Made by a program: the position numbers and the translations under genes
The notes under the pieces: model-generated
Databases searched by the model: none
The model's input: the letters and a program-made list of their open reading frames with translations, nothing else
What the model was told of the DNA's origin: nothing
Shown: positions 16,670-25,371 of the stretch, in pieces
Layout of the letters: the number at the start of each line of letters is the position of its first letter
Numbering within the stretch: position 1 is the first letter of the stretch
Assembly: GCA_025059945.1 (NCBI GenBank)
Contig: JANXDC010000011.1
Location: 16,673 to 80,672, forward strand
DNA from: Bacteroidota bacterium
Lineage (GTDB): Bacteria; Bacteroidota; Rhodothermia; JANXDC01
Direction: 5' to 3'
Length of the DNA: 64,000 bases

Positions 16670-18745
16670 CTACTTCGGGGCGTTTTGCGGGTTTTGCGGA
16701 AAGAGCAGCAGCCAGCGGGCCCCCTCGGCGGGCTCCAGGCTCGGAGGCGATAGGTTCACCTCCAGACGCGCAAAGCCTGTGCGCAGGAGCGCCCCCAGCG
16801 CCTCCCGATAGGGGGCTAGATCGCGCTCCAGCATGGCAGGGGAGAACTGATCCAGCACAGACCGTTCTAAATCCGGGGGCAGGCGTGTGCGCAGCCGAGC
16901 CGTTTCCACCTGCTCGGCGTAAACAAGGCGCACCCGTCCTTGCAGGATCAGGGAAACGGGGGCTTCCGTCGGAGTAGGCCCCGTATAGGCAGGGGTCCAG
17001 AGGGTGTCGCGGCTAAGGGCAGTGGCCTCAAGAACCTGAAGCGAGCCGCGGTACGAGGCCGTTTGCTCCGGAGCCTCTAGGAGCAGGCGCAAGGTGTCTG
17101 CCGCTGTAGACGAAACTCCGCGCCAGAGGGCCACCAGTTCCCCCTCTAGGCGGGCGTGGGCACGCACAACGGGGCGCAGCTCGGCCCACAACCGATCCCG
17201 CAGGGCGCGCACCGAAAGCCACCGGCCGAGGCTATCGAGCGCGGTGCCGGTTTTACGCCCGGCGGCGTAACGCCAGTACGCCTCTAAGACCTGGCCTAGT
17301 TGCGCCCGCCGTCCCTCCAAGAGCCCATCAACCCGCAACGCCCAGTTGGGCAACCGTGCCCGTACAACAACAGAGACGGGCCAACGCAGTCGGCCGAAGA
17401 CGTCCAACGAATCCCTTCCGGGGGCCTTCAGCGCGGTCTCTCCGCTCAGGCTAAAGAGGACAGTCGTCGGCGCTCGGGCAACGGGCATCTCCCAGGAGAG
17501 TCGGTTGCCGGTCTGAAGCTGAACCGTGACCCCGCTGGGGCGACTTAGCACAGGCTCGGCCCAGTTGGGGGGGCGGACCGTGATCGGGCCCACGCGCACG
17601 CTGTCTTGCCACAGCACGGGCCCTTCGGCCAGTTGCAGGGTGACTTGACTGCGCCCTGGCCGGAGCCCCTCAAGCCAGAGCGCGCCGTTTTGCAGGCGCG
17701 CCCGCAGCGAATGGGGCTCGGAGCTACTGACCCGCAGCAGAGGAAGGAGCGACTCCGGCTCGATCCGAAACGATAAGGCCCATTGTGCGGGCGGCAGATC
17801 CGGATATTGCGCGCCCAGTATCAGAGAAGGAGGCCTCGCATCCGGGGATCGGAGTGTTGTGCGATAGGCGACGAGCGCGTACTCCGTTTCGGCTCGGGCT
17901 CCGTCGGGGGCCGTGTACAGGATCCGCACCCGCACCGGGCCAGGCTCCCAGACCATGATCTGCAGGCCGTCGGCTGCGCCGATTAGCTCCGTACGGAGCG
18001 TATCCGAGGCCCAAAAGCGCAGCTCCCCGCCTGGGGGATCCGTCTGCACCCGGATGCGCCCAAGCTGGCCGACCGTAAGAAAGCGTGGTGCTTCGAGCAG
18101 GCGCACCATTGGGCCCTCCAGCCGGCCCGGGGGGCCGATGCCCAAGCGCAACCGCACGCGTGAGCCGGATTCCGGAATCGAATCGCGCAGCTCCAGCCAC
18201 ACCGGGCCCTCCAGAAGCGCCCTTCGCGCAAGGGGTAGCCCGTAAATGCGCGCCGTGCCGGGATGGCTCCGATAGTCCCGCCCCCGATAGGCCTCTAGGA
18301 TCTCGCGCAAGGCTAAAATAGGGGGCCCTTGTTGCGGACGCAGCAGGGGCACGCGGCCCAGCTCCGGCTCAGGGGAGGCGTACAGGTACAAGTACACTGT
18401 ATCCGGCTCTGCCTCGGGGGCCAGTAGCAGCAAAGGCAGGGATTCGGCCTCGAAGGTCGCTTGTTCCAGGTGCCAAAGCGGGGCGCAGGGGCTGTTGGGC
18501 TCCGCCCAGTCCAGGCTGACCCGTCCGGAGCCCGTGGCGCGCAGCCAGACGAAGGGCGCCTCGGCATTAGGGGGTTCGAGCCGATAGCGGGCCTCAAGTC
18601 GCAGCAGGCGCTCCGAAAACCGGCCCTGACACCAGACGGGCTGTCGCTGCTCAAAGCGCAAAACGGCCTCCAAAGGAGGCTGCGCCGGCGCCTTAAGAGC
18701 CCAACCTAAGAGTACGATCCCCCCAAAGCCCGCAAAAGTCCTCAT
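16670..18745 (-). CDS. Large secreted hypothetical protein (691 aa, no domain recognised)
   Basis: ORF 16670-18814 trimmed to MRTFAGFGGIVLLGWALKAPAQ (signal-peptide-like). Its ATG 18745 forms an ATGA overlap with the FAH gene stop. The frame stays open over 2 kb with coding-like composition. Confidence 0.7.
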   Translation of the reverse strand: MRTFAGFGGIVLLGWALKAPAQPPLEAVLRFEQRQPVWCQGRFSERLLRLEARYRLEPPNAEAPFVWLRATGSGRVSLDWAEPNSPCAPLWHLEQATFEAESLPLLLLAPEAEPDTVYLYLYASPEPELGRVPLLRPQQGPPILALREILEAYRGRDYRSHPGTARIYGLPLARRALLEGPVWLELRDSIPESGSRVRLRLGIGPPGRLEGPMVRLLEAPRFLTVGQLGRIRVQTDPPGGELRFWASDTLRTELIGAADGLQIMVWEPGPVRVRILYTAPDGARAETEYALVAYRTTLRSPDARPPSLILGAQYPDLPPAQWALSFRIEPESLLPLLRVSSSEPHSLRARLQNGALWLEGLRPGRSQVTLQLAEGPVLWQDSVRVGPITVRPPNWAEPVLSRPSGVTVQLQTGNRLSWEMPVARAPTTVLFSLSGETALKAPGRDSLDVFGRLRWPVSVVVRARLPNWALRVDGLLEGRRAQLGQVLEAYWRYAAGRKTGTALDSLGRWLSVRALRDRLWAELRPVVRAHARLEGELVALWRGVSSTAADTLRLLLEAPEQTASYRGSLQVLEATALSRDTLWTPAYTGPTPTEAPVSLILQGRVRLVYAEQVETARLRTRLPPDLERSVLDQFSPAMLERDLAPYREALGALLRTGFARLEVNLSPPSLEPAEGARWLLLFPQNPQNAPK

Positions 18746-19410
18746 AACGGCACGGCGGGTCGTTTGCGCCCCACCTGCACCCGAAGCTCGGCAAGCCCCT
18801 CCAGAACGGCCCACAGTTCATCGCCTGGCCGCACAGGCCCCACTCCGGCCGGCGTCCCCGTGAAAAGCAAATCCCCCGCCTGCAGGGTGAAGATGCTCGA
18901 CAGATACGCGATCAGCCGGGGGATGGAGTAAAGCATATCCCCCGTATAACCGGACTGCCGCAGCTCGCCGTTTACCCACAGCTGCAGCCGCAGCGCATGC
19001 GGGTCAGGCACCCGCTCGGCGCGTACGAATCGAGAGACCGGGGCGAAGCTATCGAAGCCCTTAGCGAGGGCCCAGGGATGGCCTTTGCTTTTGGCTTTTT
19101 CTTGCAGATCGCGGGCCGTAAAGTCGATGCCCACGCCGTATCCGGCCACGTAGGCGAGCGCCTCCTGCTCCGGGATGTCCTGACCGGATCGGCCAAGTAA
19201 AACCACGAGCTCCACCTCGTGATGCAGCTCCTGCGTCTGGGGGGGATACCAGACCTGGCCATCTGTACACAGGGCCGTAACGGGCTTCAGGAACACGATC
19301 GGCGCCTCGGGCACTTCGGCCCGCATCTCCCGGGCGTGTTCGGCGTAGTTGCGGCCGATGCAGAAGATCGTGCCTGTGGCCACGGGGACGTCTTCCAAGA
19401 ACACCTTCAT
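18742..19410 (-). CDS. Fumarylacetoacetate hydrolase (FAH) family protein
   Basis: ORF trimmed to MKVFLEDVPV. Typical FAH segments: IFCIGRNYAEHA, HHEVELVVLLG, GIDFTARDLQ, FTGTPAGVGPVRPGD. Confidence 0.9.
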   Translation of the reverse strand: MKVFLEDVPVATGTIFCIGRNYAEHAREMRAEVPEAPIVFLKPVTALCTDGQVWYPPQTQELHHEVELVVLLGRSGQDIPEQEALAYVAGYGVGIDFTARDLQEKAKSKGHPWALAKGFDSFAPVSRFVRAERVPDPHALRLQLWVNGELRQSGYTGDMLYSIPRLIAYLSSIFTLQAGDLLFTGTPAGVGPVRPGDELWAVLEGLAELRVQVGRKRPAVPL

Positions 19411-19482
19411 GGGCCGGATTCTTTTTTCGAGCAAATTACGACCGAGTCGGTGCGAGCTGCAAAGCGCACCGCCCCCGCGCCT

Positions 19483-21585
19483 TTAGCGGCCATCCGAGGA
19501 CGCGGACGCCCGCCCCAGGAAGCGATCCAGGAAATCGGATGCGGCCTCAAAAACGCGCCGCCAGCTCGCATGCAGCAGAAAGCTATGCACCTCATCGGGC
19601 AGGATGAGCGTTTCCACGTGCACGCCGCGCTCCAGGAGCCGACGCGCCAGATCGGTGGTCTCCAGGAAAAGCACGTTTCGGTCGTCGTCGCCGTGCACCA
19701 GCAGCACGGGTGAGCGCCAGCTGTCCAGCTCAGCCACGGGCGAGGAGCGGTATGCCAGGTCGAATTCTTCGGGCTGCAGCCCCCATCCGCCCCCGGGGGA
19801 GAATTCCGTGGCGCGCAGGACCCAGTCGTGCACCCCGTGCAGGTCCACGCCGGCCCGGAATAGATCGGAGTTGCGCGCAAGCCCCAGGGCCGTCAGATAC
19901 CCGCCGTAGGAGCCTCCCCAGAGGCCGATGCGCTCGGGGTCCACGTCGGGCCGCGTGCGCAGATAAAGCGCGGCGGCGCGAACGTCCTGGTACTCCGAGG
20001 CCCCTCGGGGTCCGGTTCGAGGCGCCCGGCGGAAGTCCCGCCCATAGCCGATACCGGCCCGGAAGTTAACGGAGAGCACCAGGTAGCCGCGACTGGCCAA
20101 GTATTGGTTGAAGGCGTAGCAGAAGGCGTAGTAGCTCGAGTAATGCCAGCCTAGAAGCATCTGCCGGATGGGGCCGCCATGCAGATATATCACCGCGGCT
20201 CGGCGCTCGCCGGGCCGCAGGTTTCGGGGGCGAAACAGCTGAGCGTGGATGCGAAACGAGTCCGGGGTCAGCAGCACCACGGGTTCGGGTTCGACGAGGG
20301 CCTGGATCGGAAAGGCCGCAGGCAAGGCGGTGGGCCAGATAAGGCGGCTCTGCCGCGTGTAGAGATCCAGCACCGCGATCGCGGGGGGGCGCCGGGCGTC
20401 GGCCTGTCGGAAGGCCACATAGCGCCCGCTGGCCAGGAACACGGGGTCGGTCTCGATGCCGGAGCCGCGCGTAAGCGCCTCAGCCTGGCCGCCGCTGGTG
20501 GGAACCCGCCACAGGTGGCGGCGATCGGGGTCCTCGTGGTTGCCGGAGAAGACAACCAGGCGGCCATCCGGGCTTAGGCTCGTCCATTCCGCCTCCGCTT
20601 TGCCAGGAGTGAGGCAGACGGGCTCCCCGCCTGAAGCCGGCAGGCTGTACAGGTGCAGCCATCCCTCGTGTTCAGAGGTAAACAGGATGCGATCGCCTGC
20701 CCAGCGCAGGGGTTCGGCCGGATAGCTTTGCGCGAAGCCCCCGTCGTCGGCGGGCGAGCGCCAGAGCATACGAGCGCGTCCGGTTTCCACGTCTGCGACC
20801 CAGAGGGAAAACGGCGTGCCGCCCAATAGATTGGGCCGCTCGCCCCGCAGCGCGCCCGGCCGACGGATGAAGGCGATCTGCCGGCCATCGGGCGACCAAA
20901 CGGGGTCCGTGTCCCGGTGCACGTCAGGGGCGATCCAGCGGATCACGCGCTGAGCTGGGTCGAAGATGCCGATGAAGCTGTGCGTGTTGCGGTTGCTCAC
21001 AAACGCGATGCGCCGGCCGTCTGGGGCGTAACGCGGGGAGCCGTTGTTGCCTCGCGCCCGAAACAGGAGCTCGGCTCGCGGCTGTCGGTCCAGGGAGTCT
21101 AGGCGCACTCGGTAGATCTGGCCTCCCCGCACCAGGAGCGCCTCGCGGCCGTGGGGGGCCACTACGGGACCAGACCCGAGGCCTAGCTTCCAGGGCTCTC
21201 CGCCCCGGACGGGCACAGCCCACACGGCCTGTTCGGCTCCTTCGGGGTCGCTTGTGGGGTTAGGATATTCTCCAGCGCGGTTGGGTCCGCCGCCCCGCAC
21301 GAAAAGCAGGATCTCCCCGTCGGGGCTAAAGGTGAGCCCCCCGAGTTCCTGGCCGTCGTCTCGTTCGTAGGCCAGCAGGCGAACGGGCCGAAAATCGGGC
21401 GCCGAGGCCGTCCAGATCGCCCGCCGACCCTCTTCGTAGCTTACCCAGGCGATCCGATCGTTTCGGGGCGAGGCCGTGAGATTGCTTGTAAACGGAAAGC
21501 GCAGAAAATCGGCTACAGAAAGCGTCTGAGCCTGCGCTGCGACCCCCAAGCCCAATATCCAGGGCAGATACCCTAGCGTTCGCAT
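19483..21585 (-). CDS. S9 family serine peptidase (beta-propeller plus prolyl-oligopeptidase/acylaminoacyl-peptidase catalytic domain), secreted
   Basis: Trimmed to MRTLGYLPWILGLGVAAQAQ, with GGAGG upstream. TolB-like repeats (SPDG.../APDGRRIAF). Catalytic GGSYGG, HGDDDRNV, DEVHSF. Confidence 0.9.
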   Translation of the reverse strand: MRTLGYLPWILGLGVAAQAQTLSVADFLRFPFTSNLTASPRNDRIAWVSYEEGRRAIWTASAPDFRPVRLLAYERDDGQELGGLTFSPDGEILLFVRGGGPNRAGEYPNPTSDPEGAEQAVWAVPVRGGEPWKLGLGSGPVVAPHGREALLVRGGQIYRVRLDSLDRQPRAELLFRARGNNGSPRYAPDGRRIAFVSNRNTHSFIGIFDPAQRVIRWIAPDVHRDTDPVWSPDGRQIAFIRRPGALRGERPNLLGGTPFSLWVADVETGRARMLWRSPADDGGFAQSYPAEPLRWAGDRILFTSEHEGWLHLYSLPASGGEPVCLTPGKAEAEWTSLSPDGRLVVFSGNHEDPDRRHLWRVPTSGGQAEALTRGSGIETDPVFLASGRYVAFRQADARRPPAIAVLDLYTRQSRLIWPTALPAAFPIQALVEPEPVVLLTPDSFRIHAQLFRPRNLRPGERRAAVIYLHGGPIRQMLLGWHYSSYYAFCYAFNQYLASRGYLVLSVNFRAGIGYGRDFRRAPRTGPRGASEYQDVRAAALYLRTRPDVDPERIGLWGGSYGGYLTALGLARNSDLFRAGVDLHGVHDWVLRATEFSPGGGWGLQPEEFDLAYRSSPVAELDSWRSPVLLVHGDDDRNVLFLETTDLARRLLERGVHVETLILPDEVHSFLLHASWRRVFEAASDFLDRFLGRASASSDGR

Positions 21586-21733
21586 GTTGGGTCCTCCTTC
21601 TGCGTTTCCCGAACGATAACCCTCCTTGCGGCCGTGAGCAAACCCCAAACGTAACAATCTTGAAACAGCCTTCCGGGAATAGGCGGGATTCGTAAATTCC
21701 CGCGCGTGCACTCACAGCCAAGGAGGCAGGGGA

Positions 21734-23038
21734 ATGCGAATAGGGGCGCAAGCGGTGATCCTGGTGGTGCTTTTGTGGGGGGCTGGCGCCGTGCAAGCCC
21801 AAGAGCGGCCACACGTCTTCCGGGGCGCCACGATCTACCCCGTCTCGGGGCCGCCCATAGAGAACGGTGTGCTGGTGATCCAGGGCGGCAAGATTCTCGC
21901 CGTGGGGCCGGCTGGGCGCGTTGCGATCCCCGGCGGCGCGGTGGAGTTCGACCTGCGAGGCAAGGTCATCATCCCGGGCATGGTCGATACGCATTCGCAC
22001 ATCGGTGGGGGGGACGGCGGGGATCGATCCGCCACCCTGCACCCCGAGGTGCGGATTTTAGATGCGATCGATCCGCAGCATGACACCTTTTGGAAGGCCC
22101 GTGCGGGGGGGATCACGACGATGAACATCATGCCCGGATCCGGTCATCTCATGAGCGGCCAGACCGTATACGTTAAGCCCCGGCCAGCCCGCACGATCCA
22201 GGAGATGCTCTTCTGCCAAGATCCTCTGCGAGAAGTGTGCGGGGGCATGAAGATGGCCAATGGTACGAACTCCCTGGGTAATCCCCCTGCGCCCGGTACG
22301 CGCGCCAAGTCGGCAGCTCTGGTGCGACAGCTTTTCCTAAAGGCCGTCGAGTACCGCGAAAAAATCCGGCAGGCCCAGGGCGATCCGGCCAAGATGCCAT
22401 CTCGAGACCTGCAGATGGAGGCCCTGGTGGAAATCCTGGAGGGCAAACGCATCGTGCACTTTCACACCCACCGGCACGACGACATCCTAACGGCCATCCG
22501 CTTGGGGCAGGAATTCGGCTTTCGGCCCGTGTTGCATCACGTAAGCGAGGCTTGGAAGGTGGCCGACGAGATCGCCCGGGCTCGGGTGCCCTGCTCGATC
22601 ATCGTGCTCGACTCTCCGGGGGGCAAGCACGAGGCCGTCGACATCCGATGGGAGAACGGGGCGGCCCTTGAGAAGGCCGGCGCCGAGGTGGCCTTTCATA
22701 CCGACGATGCCGTTACGGATTCTCGCCTGTTTTTGCGCTCCGCCGCTATGGGGGTTCGGGCCGGTATGAGCCGCCAGAAGGCCTTGGAGGCGCTTACCTT
22801 GGCCGGGGCCCGCATGCTGGGACTGGAGCAACGCATCGGCTCGCTTGATCCGGGCAAGGACGCCGATTTCGTGGTGCTCTCGGGTGATCCCTTTAGCGTG
22901 TACACGCATGTGGAGCAGACCTGGATCGACGGCCAGAAGGTTTTCGATCGCTCTAACCCCGAGCACCGCAAGTACGCCGTGGGCGGCTACGGGGCCTATC
23001 GGGGGGACGCATACGGACACGATGAGGGAGAGGAATAG
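21734..23038 (+). CDS. Amidohydrolase-superfamily metallo-hydrolase (COG1228-like), secreted, intact metal ligands
   Basis: AGGAGG 7 nt upstream and a signal peptide. HxH motif MVDTHSHIGG, then HFHTHRH, VLHHVSE, AFHTDDA. Confidence 0.88.
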   Translation: MRIGAQAVILVVLLWGAGAVQAQERPHVFRGATIYPVSGPPIENGVLVIQGGKILAVGPAGRVAIPGGAVEFDLRGKVIIPGMVDTHSHIGGGDGGDRSATLHPEVRILDAIDPQHDTFWKARAGGITTMNIMPGSGHLMSGQTVYVKPRPARTIQEMLFCQDPLREVCGGMKMANGTNSLGNPPAPGTRAKSAALVRQLFLKAVEYREKIRQAQGDPAKMPSRDLQMEALVEILEGKRIVHFHTHRHDDILTAIRLGQEFGFRPVLHHVSEAWKVADEIARARVPCSIIVLDSPGGKHEAVDIRWENGAALEKAGAEVAFHTDDAVTDSRLFLRSAAMGVRAGMSRQKALEALTLAGARMLGLEQRIGSLDPGKDADFVVLSGDPFSVYTHVEQTWIDGQKVFDRSNPEHRKYAVGGYGAYRGDAYGHDEGEE

Positions 23039-23040
23039 CC

Positions 23041-24261
23041 ATGCGCGCCAGCTACCGTGTGGGTTTGGGGGCTTGTCTTTTCGTGCTTGTCTTTAGCGGC
23101 CTAAGCCGGGCGCAGCTTGCTGTGCGTGCGGAGCTGCTTTATACGATGGCTGGCCCCCCGATTCGAGGCGGGGTGGTGTTGATTCGGGACGGACGGATCG
23201 AGCGCGTGGGCCCAGCCACCAGCGTGCGCATCCCCTCGGGATATCGGGTCTTGGAGGCCAAGGTCGTAACGCCGGGGCTGATCGACGCGCGCACGGTCGT
23301 GGGGCTATCGGGTATCTACAACGTGCCGCACGATCAGATGCAGCTGGAGCGATCCGCACCTATCCAGCCTGAGCTCCGCGCCATCGACGCCTACAATCCG
23401 GAGGAAGCCCTGGTGGAGTGGGTGCGCAACCTGGGTGTGACTACGCTGCATACGGGCCACGGACCCGGAGCGCTCATCAGCGGGCAAACTATGATCGTAA
23501 AGTCCGCTGGCCGTACCGTGGAGGAGGCCCTCGTAGACTCTGTGGCCGCGGTGGCGGCCACTTTGGGCCGCAGCGTGGGGCAGAATTTCAGCTCCCCTGG
23601 AACGCGCGCCAAGGCCGTGGCCATGCTGCGGGCTGAGCTGCTCAAGGCCCAGGAATACGGCCGCAAACGCCGCGATCCGGATCCCAGCAAGCGTCCTGCA
23701 CGAGACTTAAGGCTCGAAGTCCTAGCCGACGTGCTGGAGGGCAAGATCCCCTTGCTCATAACAGCCCAAACGGCGCCTGATATTTTGGCCGCGCTGCGGC
23801 TGCAACGGGAGTTTGGCTTTAAGCTTGTGCTCGATGGCGCGGCGGAGGCTTATCTGGTGCTGGAGGAGATCAAGCAAGCGGGCGTGCCCGTAATCCTGCA
23901 CCCGACTATGGTGCGCACCGCCGGAGAGACGCGCAACGCCTCTATGGAGACGGCCGCCTTGCTGCATCGGGCGGGGATCCCGTTCGCCCTGCAGAGCGGA
24001 TACGAATCCTACGTACCTAAAACCCGCGTCGTGCTCTTTGAAGCCGCCGTAGCCGCAGCCCACGGGCTGCCTTTTGAGGCTGCCCTGGGGGCGATTACGA
24101 TCCAAGCCGCCCGCATTTTGGGGATCGACCGACGGGTGGGTTCGCTTGAGCCCGGAAAGGACGCGGATATGGTGCTCTTCGACGGGGATCCGTTTGAGTA
24201 CACAACGCGCGTCTGCGGCGTGATCATCAACGGGCGGCTCCTTACAGAGGGCTGCCGCTGA
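23041..24261 (+). CDS. Amidohydrolase-fold paralog lacking all canonical metal ligands (probable non-catalytic or divergent partner), secreted
   Basis: Collinear by eye with the upstream paralog (PGTRAKA..., EFGFK, GSLEPGKDADMVLFDGDPF). HxH is replaced by DARTV, HFHTHRH by LLITAQT, LHH by LDG, and HTDD by QSGY. Starts 2 nt after the upstream stop. Confidence 0.85.
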   Translation: MRASYRVGLGACLFVLVFSGLSRAQLAVRAELLYTMAGPPIRGGVVLIRDGRIERVGPATSVRIPSGYRVLEAKVVTPGLIDARTVVGLSGIYNVPHDQMQLERSAPIQPELRAIDAYNPEEALVEWVRNLGVTTLHTGHGPGALISGQTMIVKSAGRTVEEALVDSVAAVAATLGRSVGQNFSSPGTRAKAVAMLRAELLKAQEYGRKRRDPDPSKRPARDLRLEVLADVLEGKIPLLITAQTAPDILAALRLQREFGFKLVLDGAAEAYLVLEEIKQAGVPVILHPTMVRTAGETRNASMETAALLHRAGIPFALQSGYESYVPKTRVVLFEAAVAAAHGLPFEAALGAITIQAARILGIDRRVGSLEPGKDADMVLFDGDPFEYTTRVCGVIINGRLLTEGCR

Positions 24262-24315
24262 GGGCCTGGAGGTTTTCCGTAACGGGGAGACGGCTGCAAG
24301 ATCCGTTTCCGCGGC

Positions 24316-24343
24316 TTGACTTTGTGCGCTTTGGGTCTATACT
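24316..24343 (+). promoter_or_regulatory. Near-consensus sigma70-type promoter, implying a leaderless or very short-leader transcript
   Basis: TTGACT-16 nt-TATACT. The -10 ends 9 nt before the GTG start at 24353. Confidence 0.45.
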
Positions 24344-24352
24344 TTCTGTGCC

Positions 24353-24766
24353 GTGCGGAGGCTGTGGACGATCACCGGAGCACTTCTGCTTGCAGCCAGC
24401 GCCGTGCTAGCTGACGTTGGGGGCCTGGTAGTCAAACTGGCCGAGTTCAGAGCTGCCACCGTATCCGGGAAGATGCGCGTTACCTGGCGCGTGACGGAGC
24501 AGGCCGGCGTGCGTCGGTTTATTTTGGAACGTAAGGCGGCCGGTGAAGAGCAGTTTCGAGAAATCTTTCAGACTCCCCCTAACCCGACAGGGACTTACGA
24601 GTTCGTCGACGAAAGCCTGGCGCGATCCGGCCTCGACGGCCTAGTCAAATATCAGCTGCTGGTAGAGGGGGCTGAGGGCCGGCTCCTCCTAAAACAAATC
24701 GACGCCAACTACACCACCACAGCCGTGCGTCGCACCTGGGGCAGCATCAAGGCCATGTTCCAGTAG
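24353..24766 (+). CDS. Small secreted hypothetical protein (137 aa)
   Basis: GTG start. Signal peptide MRRLWTITGALLLAASAVLA. The remainder looks beta-rich, with no family recognised. Confidence 0.6.
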   Translation: MRRLWTITGALLLAASAVLADVGGLVVKLAEFRAATVSGKMRVTWRVTEQAGVRRFILERKAAGEEQFREIFQTPPNPTGTYEFVDESLARSGLDGLVKYQLLVEGAEGRLLLKQIDANYTTTAVRRTWGSIKAMFQ

Positions 24767-24783
24767 GGCCGCCTCCCCCGTTC

Positions 24784-25332
24784 ATGTCCGGTGACGTCTC
24801 ACAGCGGTGGCCTCTGTTCCCCGCGCAGGCGCTTCGGCGCATGCTGCGGCGAATGGCCTTTCAGATCCACGAGCACCACCCTGAGGTCGCCAATCTACTG
24901 CTAGTGGGCATCCCAACGCGCGGGGTTGTGCTAGCACGCCGAGTGGCCCAGGAGCTGGAGCGCATCTGCAACAGGCCGGTGCCGACCGGAATACTCGATC
25001 CCCGGCCGTACCGGGATGATCGGAGGGGCGCTAAGGGGGAGGTGGCGGATGCTTCTCTGCTGCCCGAGCGGATCGACGGGCGCGACGTGGTGCTCGTCGA
25101 CGATGTGCTGATGACCGGACGCACGATTCGCGCCGCCCTAGACGGACTCATTCGCTACGGTAGACCCCGGACCGTGCGTCTGGCTGTGCTCATCGACCGC
25201 GGATTGCGCGAGTTCCCTATTCAGCCGGATTTTGTCGGCCGTGTTTTGCCCACCAAGGCCCGCGAGCGCGTACAGGTGCGCTTGGAGGAGGTCGACGGCC
25301 AAGAGGGGATCTGGATCGTGGAAAGCTCCTAA
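24784..25332 (+). CDS. pyrR: Bifunctional pyrimidine regulatory protein / uracil phosphoribosyltransferase PyrR
   Basis: 182 aa. LLLVGIPTRGVVLARRVA and the PRPP-binding loop VVLVDDVLMTGRTIRAAL. Confidence 0.9.
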   Translation: MSGDVSQRWPLFPAQALRRMLRRMAFQIHEHHPEVANLLLVGIPTRGVVLARRVAQELERICNRPVPTGILDPRPYRDDRRGAKGEVADASLLPERIDGRDVVLVDDVLMTGRTIRAALDGLIRYGRPRTVRLAVLIDRGLREFPIQPDFVGRVLPTKARERVQVRLEEVDGQEGIWIVESS

Positions 25333-25371
25333 GCCCCCGGAAAAGGCCCCGATAGAGGAGGATATCCCGTT

